DNA from: Antedon mediterranea
Taxonomy: Eukaryota; Animalia; Echinodermata
Assembly: GCF_964355755.1 (NCBI RefSeq)
Contig: NC_092670.1
Coordinates: forward strand, 37,436,388 to 37,500,387
Direction of reading: 5' to 3'
DNA: 64,000 nt
Positions 1 to 10,352 of this stretch are shown here, piece by piece; positions within the stretch are counted from its first letter, which is position 1, and every line of letters begins with the position of its first letter. The notes beneath the pieces were generated by a model. That model did no database searches and had not been told where the DNA came from. It saw only the letters and a list, made by a program, of their open reading frames with translations. Position numbers and translations under genes: made by a program.

Positions 1-109
1 TACACTGTTGTGAGTATTTTATTAATGAATTATAACATTGTTGCCGATACTAAATTCTAAAGAAATTGATAGATAAATAATTATGGCGTTATCTTTATTT
101 TACCGTTAG

Positions 110-1360
110 GTTATGTGTTATTTGGTAGCGTCCGTTATGTCGCTATCAATTGCTATAACTGCGTTGTGTCTGGAGGGGCAGCGTCTAACACAGACGATGG
201 TGGATGGAATTGTAAGTTTAGTTTTTTTTTACAGTATTGAAGTCGATAGATTATAAAGCTCCCATTTAAAATAGGATAATGTAATATAGAGAAATTAATT
301 ACAACTCACCTCCCAAAGACTTGTAATAAGACTTTGTAGAGCATCTTGAGTATTGTTTGTCTTGTGAACCTCTGAGGATCCCTTAAGATCTGCAATTGCT
401 GGATCATTAAATATGGTGTCACTAAAAAAATCATGCTTCAATCAATCTTATATAGCGCCAGTATCCATACAGTAATGTTCAGAGGCGCGTTCACTTGGAA
501 CAACATATAATAGAGTAACTTTCTAGTAATATGCTGCTGCATATGTAGATTTACAGCTTTTAAACACAACTTACTGTGAGAATTATTTTTAGCCCTCATT
601 CCATTACTTATTGAGAGGATTTGTTATCTGACAGTCGTTCATGCGATCAAAAAGGTCTCTCTCTCTCTCTCTCTCAATTCATTGAAATTCAGTGTCATCA
701 TTGATAATTGGTACATTTCTTACAGACATTCGAATGTGTTGCGTACTCTTCTTCTCTACTCTCATTCAGTTCGGTAGAAACAACTACAGCAGTAACTGCA
801 GTAATTATATCGTTCATAATGGGAAAGGGAACTCTATCGCAAATGTTACTACCGGTGACTATACTATTTTTGTTTTACTAAAAATTGTGATTAACAACAT
901 ATGGAAAGAACAATAATAATATGATTAATGTATACAATTAGAAATATGGTTCTTTTCGCGAATCTTGTCAGTATCTTCATCAAATTATCTCGAATGTAAC
1001 AAACTTCCCATGTCATAGCTTGTAGGACCAAGCATAATATGCAGAGCAACCTCATGAAACTTTGTTTAGAAAAGGTTTGGAAAGGTTATATAGACACCCT
1101 GAGGTATTATTTCTTTCCAACATGAAGTACTCTGTAATCAGCTACCATCGCTATATAAATAGCAAATAACTTTCTATTACCAAGAGTACGAGAAAAGCCA
1201 AACTTACAATAACTTAATTTCTGCTTCATTTCAGGACTTACAAGTATATATAGATACGCCAGGTGATACGCCGACGGAAAAGGTTCCACCTGCGATGGCA
1301 AAAAAGGCTTTTGCTTTGAACCCGTCGAATGGAGGAAGTTACAGACAACCATTTTTATAG
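110..1360 (+). CDS. Last three coding exons of an unidentified gene, probably a multi-pass membrane protein (starts before the window)
   Basis: Exons 110-211, 726-854 and 1235-1360 have AG/GT borders, are all phase 0 and are open in one frame: VMCYLVASVMSLSIAITALCLEGQRLTQTMVDGI / TFECVAYSSSLLSFSSVETTTAVTAVIISFIMGKGTLSQMLLP / DLQVYIDTPGDTPTEKVPPAMAKKAFALNPSNGGSYRQPFL*. Hydrophobic stretches are followed by a polar tail. Family not recognised. Confidence 0.65.
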
Positions 1361-2244
1361 AGAAAAAAAGCTTGAAAAATGGAAAACAGCACAACTTTAT
1401 AAGATAGACTGTAAATAATAATATATGCAGACTTTAAACCTTCTTGACAAACCAGTATTTGCTGAAATTCGTGAAATCGCCAATTAAAATCATTCCTTGC
1501 TGTGACGTAGCCTACTACTCTGTAGTGAATCTGCAGGTTGGCAAAATGACAGTAACAGTTTAAGATAATTGTTATGTTAGTAAAATTTTCCAGTGACAAA
1601 CTGTAGTAAAGTAGGCTGCTGGACTTTTTTAGGCTAGTGGGCATGTTATGAAATTGCAGCCCACTACTACTTTTTCTTTCTGGCATACAAATAAACCAGA
1701 GAGGTGTAAATTAACACAGATCGTAAACAGTTCCATTTTTAACACAAGCCAAAAATTTAAAGCGAACAACTTTCAAATTTGTACTGTTCTTATATGGAAA
1801 CTGATAATGATAGATTCCAATAAAAATAACTACTTTCTCTACTCTACATACAGTAGTAATAGTCATGAACATTCAAGTAAGTACTTAAGTTTTACATTTA
1901 CGTAAGCTAAAACTAGTTCACTGTCTACCAGCAAATCACGACGTGCAAAGAAAAAAATATAAAACAAAACGTGTCGAGGATAAATGTTTTAATGCAAAAT
2001 TATAATACTTCTAAGGTGTCAAATGGAATGTGATAATGTACAACTTGTAATGTAATACGTTGGTACAAACAACTAAAAAATGCTATAATAAAATTATAAC
2101 AAAAGCTACAACGTGTTTAAATTATTGCTTAATACATAAGAATATAAAGGCAGTAAAAATAATGTTGCAGTATTTTCAAGGCCATATCAAACTATCAGCT
2201 GTTTCACTTACATAACTGCAATATTAGCTGCACGACAAAAACAC

Positions 2245-2472
2245 ATTACTGCAGCACTTCCTGTTAGTATATACATACTTGATTAACCTATTACTGCAGT
2301 CTGTTTGAAGGCTATTCAACCCACCACTTTAACTGCAGTATTAGGTTAAAATTACTGCAGCACTTCCTGTTAGTACTGTATATACAAACTTGATTAACCT
2401 ATTACTGCAGTCTGTTTGAAGGCTATTCAACCCACCATTTTAACTGCAGTATTAGGTTAAAATTACTGCAGT
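2245..2472. repeat. Tandem duplication, ~110 bp x 2
   Basis: attactgcagcacttcctgttagta...ttaactgcagtattaggttaaa occurs twice back to back, between the convergent 3' ends. Confidence 0.85.
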
Positions 2473-3334
2473 AACTGCTATAAAATCATCAAACTTGTGC
2501 TTACAACATTACATATTCTTCTATAAATTTTCATTTTCGGTGTTATATTTTAAATATTGATTAGTAATAAAAGTTCAGTTTAACAAAATATAAACACAAA
2601 ATATTGTATTAAAATATATCATATAATATCTATAATTTGTATTTTGAAAACATAATTTGTTATTTGTCCATATATAGTATTATTTGTCCAATAAATCGAA
2701 ATAAAAATATCAAAGAAACTAAAGCAACAGTAATAAAAAGGCAGTTTTATACTAAATAAATCTAAAATGTCGGTGTCTCAAATATGGCAAAGCACATTTT
2801 CCTAACAACAAAAAAGCAATTTTTAAATAACCAACAAAATAATTACTAAATTCAAACACTAAAAAGGTGCAGAGCCCAATCGAAAAATAAAAACACCCCC
2901 TACAACCAATGAATTAACAATTCATCAATAAGGCACACTGCTGTGTACAGCGTTCTATGAAACAACACAACCCATGAATACGCAAAGATAAGTTACAAAA
3001 AATTACATGGTGTGTGTTTTTTCATGAAATTAGCAATACAATTTGCCAACAAATTCAAAGTACACAAGCCTTATCGCTTTATTGATGAATTGTAACGAAG
3101 AAGTGCGAAAACATTTGGCATACTCAATTGGGACTTTACCGTTGAATAATAGTATTTCCGTTGAGTATTTCGTACGCAACGAACAAGCTTGCGTTAAGTT
3201 AACGTTAGTTAACATTTATTATTTAAATGTAAATAGTTTTCGCAATGATTTCCGAAGTGAATACGCCAAATGTGACACATCATAGAAAGTCTATAATGTA
3301 AAATGTGTTTCTAGTAGTGTGAATTTAGTGACCT

Positions 3335-6300
3335 TTACAGTTCATCTTTAGCTTGATTGAGGTGATCATTCATAAATGAAAACAGCGAGTCCAGTTCACG
3401 AGATTTACTGTACTTTTCTACATTCTTACCGTTCTTGAACAGAATAAGGGTAGGATAACCACGTACCTGTAATCAAAGCAAAAATCACAATTATATATTC
3501 TAGTCACTAAATTGCTAAAGGTTACCATCTTGGGCTATACGTCAAACTAACAAGTTTGATACAAATTGCTCCATTTGAACATAGGTCAATCTTTAAGTTC
3601 TGGTTTTTAAGATTCTTTTCTCCTGCACTAATTATGACTATCATTATCTGCAGAGGAGGGTTGAACAAGAACAACATTTATTTAGAAACAGTTCATGAAA
3701 TAAAAACAGCACCCATTAATTACAATAACTTAAATGGCAACATAAAATAAGAACTGTTTCAGAAGTTGAAGATAGTACTGAAGATAAACTTACCTCATAT
3801 TGCTGACAAGTTGACTTATGTACAGTACAGTCGATCTTTGCAATGCTAACCTTATCATTATCATCAAACTTTTCAGCTAAGGTATCCCAGGTTGGCGCTA
3901 ATCGTTTACAGTGTCCACACCTTTAATATAAAAACATGCAATTAATTTTAAGTTTTTTTAGGTCATACCTTATTTTATCTTATAACAAACACTAGTACTG
4001 AGTTGGGTATTGTGTATTCAGGGGGACAGTGTGGTGGTGTTCATCATCATCTTCGTTGTTTTATTTTTTTTTTATTGTCATTAACAGGTTGTCTTAGGTT
4101 AGCCTATTTCCTGTTCAGAGTCTAGATAATTTTAATAATCAACTAACACCCAAAGCGATCTGATCTTTACAAAATAATGCTATATAAATGTCGCATTATA
4201 TATATATAATATAGTGTGATTGATGACGGGGAAAATGTCTTATAAATGCATAGACAACTCTTACACAAAAACTCAAAATAAGCAAATAGATAGAGTAGTA
4301 TTAAAAATTATTAATGTTAACATACCATGGTGCATAGAATTTAACTAATGTTAAATCTTTTGCTACACTGTCTTTAAATGTGTCATCAGTAAGGACATCA
4401 ACCTATAAAAAAGATTCAATATTTATAAACAAGTGCACACTAACCAGCTTTTGCTGCTAAATAAGAATTTTGTTTTTTTGTACAGCTAAGCAGTTTGAAA
4501 TCTACTTTCTATAACAAAGTATTTGCAGTGGCAGATCCAGGATTTTGATATAGGGGGGGGGGGGTGTGCCAGGGCCTAAAAATGGTGAAATAAAAAGCAT
4601 TTTGCATTACAATTTGCGCAATTTATTGGGGTTAGTATCAACCATTAATACAGTAGTATCCATTCATACTCCTGAGTGCAGTGTATTGATCAATGACACA
4701 AGAGATGTAAGAAGTAAAATCTTAGTAGTAATAGCCTGGACAAGGAAATACTGTTGATACAAAAAAACCTCAACACCCCTTGTAACAACCAATGAGAAAT
4801 ATTGTTTTTAAAAAACACAAACTTTCCCATGCTACTCTTTTGAATCTTCTCGTACAAGTTTCAACTTTTGTTTTAACTTACACTGGACTCTGTTTCCACT
4901 GGTTCTTCTTTCTTAGGCTTTTCTTGTGCTTTTGGTGGTGGTGGTGTTTCAGTTTTTGTTTCTTTACCGACCATTTTCATGACGTAATTTTTCAAAGCAA
5001 TATGATCTCTACCACCTTGATACTTTTCAACCTAAAATAGAGAATTGAGAACTAAAATATTAAAATAAAAACCTCTATGACAGATAATCATTGGCCTAAA
5101 AAAATGAAAATAAATAGTGTGATGTCCTCAAATATGGTAGTGATATGCTCAAATATGGTAGTGATATGCTCAAATATGGTAGTAATATGACATCATCATG
5201 TCCATACAGTATATGGGCACATCACATTTTTTTGTCACATAATGTTTGATAGTGTGAACAGAGCTTAAAAAAGTAATAAAATCCACAAATACAGCATATT
5301 TTTTCATACTCATGCTTGCAGTTATTCATTTTATTATCAATAAATTATAAAGAGAATTACCATTTCACCCTTCTTGAAAAACAACAGCGTTGGGTATCCA
5401 CGTACATCAAATTGATCACATACCTCTTTATCTGTAGTACAATCAACCTGTAAGCAAATAAAAAACAAGTTGTATACTAGAATTCTACCTATTTTTTGAA
5501 AAGCTGAATCTAATCCACCTGTATTCAAAATATAATTTAAATAAACACATTATCCTTTACCTTAGCAATAGTGACATCATCAAGGTGTTCAAATCCTGTT
5601 GCAAGTTCATCCCAGACAGGTGCCAGTCGTTTACAGTGACCACACCAAGGTGCATAGAACTTAATGAAATGATTTCCACTAGTTATATGATCTTTAAAAT
5701 CTTTCTTAGTAAGCTCATACAAACCATGCTTTGGCTCTGGTGGTTTAGGTGCCTCTGGCTCCTGAAATATAAGATAAATTTAAGATAAAGCTCTGTCTAC
5801 ACTATCAAACTTTAAAAAAAAGGCATAAAGGCTAATATTTAACAGCCATGTCTTTTTAAAATAAAATAATTTTCTGCAACCCAACAAAAAATTTAGCCCC
5901 CACCAATGCTGAGAAAGCGTCCTAATCCACACTGGTGCTATAATGCTTGTTCGAGCTATTGAATGAATTTTCCAATCACCATTACTTTTAATAATCAAGT
6001 TTGGCATACTATCATCATGCTGTTTGTATTGTGGAGTAGCTTTTTCTAAACTAGTTTGACAAAAAAGTGTGATGTTTAATTGATTATTATAAGTAATGGT
6101 GATTGGATAATTCATTCAATAGCTCGAACAAGCATTATAGCACCAGTGTGGATTAGGACGCTTTCTCAGCATTGGTGGGGGCCAAATTTTTTTTTGGGTT
6201 GTAGAAAATTATTTTATTTTAAAAAGACATGGCTGTTAAATATTAGCCTTTATGCCTTTTTAGCCCCGTTCCTGTGAACCATGTTGTTTTACTATATCCT

Positions 6301-9300
6301 GGGGAAGACACTATCTACTGGGATATATTATAATTACCTGTAGCTGTTCACGTATAAAAGACTCAAGGTTATCAATGTCTCTTTTGCCTTTAAACAATAA
6401 TGCTTCATCAGCATTAGGACTGAAGAACTTTAGAGTTGGATAACCTTTGACCCCATTATCGGCACATAGTTGTGTTTCAACTGTACAATCAACCTAGAGA
6501 GAAATGGTAAAATTGGAGAAAAAAAGTAAAAACACAGAGATATGCAGGGTATTCCACACTGTAAGAAATGAGTTGTGATTTGTTATTCTTAAAGAGAAAC
6601 TATACTTGGACAACAGCAAAGTGATGTAAAGAAGAAGGCAGTGAAGAATCGATAGATATACAATAGATATTTAACATTTGTTTAGCGTCAGTTACGAACC
6701 TTTGCAATGCTAACTTTGGAATTTTCATCTTCATTGTATTTTTCTGCTAACTCATCCCATGTTGGTGCAAGTCTTTTACAGTGGCCGCACCTAAAATCAA
6801 TCAATCAGCACACATTAATAAAATGTACAAAATAATTACCATGCAGTCCTCCTACTGTAATAGGTCTATAATATAATTAATATCACTTTAGTTGGTGTCA
6901 GATGAAATCGGTCGCGTCTGAAATCGGTGGCGTTTGAAATCGGTCGCGATAAAATCAACTTCCGGTATTTTGTATGGCGCGCCGCTAGAGCTATACTTTT
7001 GATGATATCGGTTGCGTTTGAAATCGGTCGCGCTACTTTGTATGGATCGAGCGGGATGCATGCTAGAGCGGGATATACATTTTTTGTTTATATAGATTTA
7101 ATTGATATTTTTTAGGAACTATATTATTTATGTGGATATTTTTTACTTGCTTAATAAATATTTATTATCAATCATTAAATTAATTTTTTTTTTGTATTTC
7201 ACAGGTCTCAGAGAAGGACTGTGTCTTTTAAAAATGGCCATTTCTAAACACATTTGTAAACACGTTTAAATATTATATTAGGCATATTGTTATATTAGGC
7301 ATATAATAATTTACCTCTATATGTACTGTAATTAATATATTCTATAGAGAATAAACGTCTGTCGTGTATTTTATTATGCAAACAATTACGTATGGTTTTA
7401 GGATCTTAATAAAATATATAGATAATATGCCGTTATAAATCAATCTACCGGCCTACAGTAGGACTATGATGTACAATGATAGATGTGAGAATGTATGGAT
7501 AATAAAGGTCCACGGACAAGATTCTCAAAAGAGGTATTCTGCACTGATATTTAAACATTTAGATTTACGAACGGCGTATGAATGTGAGACACTGAGTTGC
7601 ACTTACTTAATTATTTACGTTAAATGATTATTATAAATGAAGAAATAAAAGATATTCAAATTAAAATCTATAGTATCGCCGACGTATATAGGTAAATCAT
7701 ATATAAATCATACTGTCAAATTATAGAAACAGTGCTTTATTCGGAATTATTATGGATAAGCAAGCCTGTGAGCTACAGCGACTTTAATTGCTTTTGCTTA
7801 TCCTTGCCTCCTTAGATTTCCACGTGTCTTGATTTTGTTACCTATGTTTTAAATGTATTTCGATTTTAAAGGCTAAATAAAGAATGAATGAATGAATGAA
7901 CATGATCTCATAATTGCGTCGAGCATCTATAGCTCATTGGATCGTTTCACAAATACACGTGCAGGAGGCCTATAGACGTTTCAAACGTATGGTTATTAGT
8001 AATAGACGTCATCATTACCTTGCTGCTATGGACAACGATCGTACGTGTTTTGTCCATGATTTGACACACTAACAAAAGTGCGTGTTTTTTAAAAAGGGGA
8101 AACCCCGTCAGCAAAATAACGTATTGTTAGGGGAAACAGCTACACGATCATAGAAGGCGCATCTCCACAATATGGTTTATTCGGGGGTTTATTTCAGTAA
8201 CTCGCCTTTTAACCATCCGCATTATATGATCATTTTACTAAAAACTATTTTAAACATTAGAAATAAAAATATACACGTGATTTGCCTCAACAATAATCAT
8301 TATAAATACATAATAGAAAAATAACGCTTAAAAAAGAACGACGTTTCGACTCCATCATGGGGTCATTTTCAAGTCCAATGAATAAAATTAAAAAAAACAA
8401 CTAATTAAATAACACAAGCCAAGGGTCAAAGTTTAAATAACAAAAGACCTATAATCATTTAATATTATCCTACATAACGGATAGAAATCAAATAGAAATA
8501 AAAATAAGGTGATTGAATAGTATGTTGTTAACGACATGGATATGATATAATCTGCCACAGTATGCATAAGTATAAAAATGGATTGTAAAAATTATTGTTT
8601 TTAAATAAATTGTTCTCTTTTACGTAGGTCTAATTGTTTGCATAATAAAAGACACAACAGACGCATATTCTCTATATAATATATTAATTACAGTACATAT
8701 AAATAGAGGTAAATTATTATATGCCTAATATAACATTATGCCTAATATAATATGTAAACGTGTTTAGAAATGGCCATTTTGGAAAGACACAGTCCTTCTC
8801 CGAGACCTGTGAAATACAAAAAAAAAATAATTTAAAGACCCCTTCCCTGCAATTTTGGACGTTTTTTGGAAAATAATACATATATATCACTTTAAAAACA
8901 TTAAACCATGTCATTCCTTGTCTTACCGGTAAATGTACGTTTTATGGTAAATTATGATAAAAAGTGAGAAACAATGCACTACCTAAGTAGCTCGCGGCGA
9001 TCGACCTCTCGTGGACGGTCTTAGGCCTAGCCTAGCTAGGCTTAGTTTTGTAGGCCTAGCTGGTAAACATCGATAACGTACGAACATCGTACGCTAGCTA
9101 TATACCTAGCCTGACGTTGTATAGTTGCTGCATTAATTGTCTTTCTATTTTTACCAGACTCCGTTGATACAAATTGGGGAAAACCCGGTATTTTCGCTGA
9201 AAAGTTAGGAGTCTTCCATTTGTTTTGGCTTCACGATCACGATCGATCGAAAAGTGGGCGAATTACAGGTGAAAAACAAAAATATCAATCCGCGCGCAAT

Positions 9301-10141
9301 GCATTTTGGGATTTATAGCGGGACGCTATAATTATTAGAATCGATTTATTTTTCACATTTTTAACCGTTTAAAGACGAAAAAAGTTATCGCAATAGGACC
9401 ATATAGTATTATTTTTACATTAAATATAGTTTGTGATCTTAAATTAGATCTAAAAAACGTAGGGAATGGGGCTTTAATGATTGATAATAAATATTTATTA
9501 ACCAATTCAAAAATATCCACATAAATAATACAGTTCCTAAAAAATATTAATTAAATCTATATAAACAAAAAATGTATATCCCGCTCTAGCATGCATCCCA
9601 CTCGATCCATACAAAGTAGCGCGACCGATTTCAAACGCGACCGATATCATCAAAAGGATAGCTCTATCGGCGCGCCATACAAAATACCGGAAGTTGATTT
9701 TATCGCGACCGATTTCAAACGCGACCGATTTCATCGTAAACCCTTTGCTTTAGTTTGGTAGGCCTGTTCTCCTGGTCTCAACAAAATATATATATTTGTT
9801 TTAATCTAAAGAGATGGTCCCTCAGAGTCACAGCTAGCTTACATTACCTAGGCCTAGTTACTCAGACTCTAAGGTAAGCCTCCTAGTAGTAAGTAGAGGG
9901 CTAGCTAGGCTCTTACTTATCAATTTGGTTAGTTACTGCAGAAAGAAAAAGAGGCTCTGCTCTTCGGCTGGAGCGAACCAACTTACCACGGAGCAAAAAA
10001 CATTATAAAGTGTGGCTTAAGAGAAACTACTTCATTAAATTTTTCCGTATTATAAAGGCAATCTGTAGATCCATGATCAGCACTTATAAGACTTGCTAGG
10101 CTAAGAGAAATTGAAAGAAACAAGATTTTTGTCACGTCCAT
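3335..10141 (-). CDS. TXNDC5: Thioredoxin domain-containing protein 5 (ERp46, PDI family), 9 coding exons
   Basis: Exons (-): 10141-9987, 6790-6700, 6493-6338, 5761-5561, 5447-5361, 5031-4882, 4402-4326, 3920-3794, 3466-3335. Signal peptide [21 protein letters not shown], three thioredoxin domains each with [12 protein letters not shown] and V.GYPTL, C-terminal KDEL* ER-retention signal. Confidence 0.95.
5115..5265. mobile_element. Harbinger/Tourist-like MITE family A, 5'-truncated copy
   Basis: Internal ~20-bp subrepeats (caaatatggtagtgatatg) and right TIR gtttgatagtgtgaacagagct followed by TAA. Confidence 0.75.
5813..6262. repeat. ~180-bp near-perfect inverted repeat with ~80-bp spacer in TXNDC5 intron 3, interleaved with MITE family A fragments
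   Basis: 5813-5998 is the reverse complement of 6080-6262. A MITE left TIR sits at 5789-5812 and MITE internal sequence at ~6047-6075. Confidence 0.9.
8336..8376 (-). ncRNA. Minimal type I hammerhead ribozyme (Penelope-type), U3-A8 core variant
   Basis: Minus strand reads GGAC-UUGAAAA-UGACCCCAUGAUGGAGUC-GAAA-CG-UC-GUUC: stem I GGAC/GUUC, stem II GAC.CCA/UGG.GUC, palindromic ACGU stem III, GUC cleavage triplet. Confidence 0.65.
8836..9473. mobile_element. Kolobok-like non-autonomous element nested in the right arm of the foldback element
   Basis: TTAA on both sides (8832-8835, 9474-9477), AG...CT termini, TIRs agaccccttccct / agggaatggggct. The left foldback arm shows the empty site with a single TTAA. 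Confidence 0.8.
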
Positions 10142-10352
10142 AATTAAAAACTTTACTTCTCGACTGCTGCAGAGCGACGACGTGTAGTTAATAATTAAAG
10201 ACGTGTGACGTGTACACGAGCACGCCGCCATGCGGTGGACAAGGACCATTCAACCGTGACGTACGAGACTGACCTCGTTGTTTAACCATTCGAGCGTATC
10301 ATCACTATCATCCAATTTTTGTTGAATAGGCCTAGCTAGCCCACCACCCAGA
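10142..10352. promoter_or_regulatory. Compact bidirectional promoter between TXNDC5 and ACOX1
   Basis: Start codons 211 bp apart on opposite strands. CpG-rich. Four GACGT cores (~10179, 10200, 10207, 10258), GCCGCCAT (YY1-like) at ~10224 and CCAAT at ~10312. Confidence 0.75.

Larger units (their letters stand above)
6894..9742. mobile_element. Non-autonomous foldback / long-TIR DNA element (MULE-like or hAT-like) in TXNDC5 intron 1
   Basis: Left arm ~6894-7388 is the reverse complement of 9475-9742 plus 8631-8835. Terminal subrepeats tgaaatcggtcgcg. Possible 8-bp TSD ctttagtt (6886-6893 / 9748-9755), but it is offset by a few bases on the right. Confidence 0.8.

Noticed and set aside
6927-9734. 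Two near-identical short ORFs on opposite strands (6927-7115 and 9537-9734)
   Set aside because: They are the two TIRs of the foldback element, not genes.
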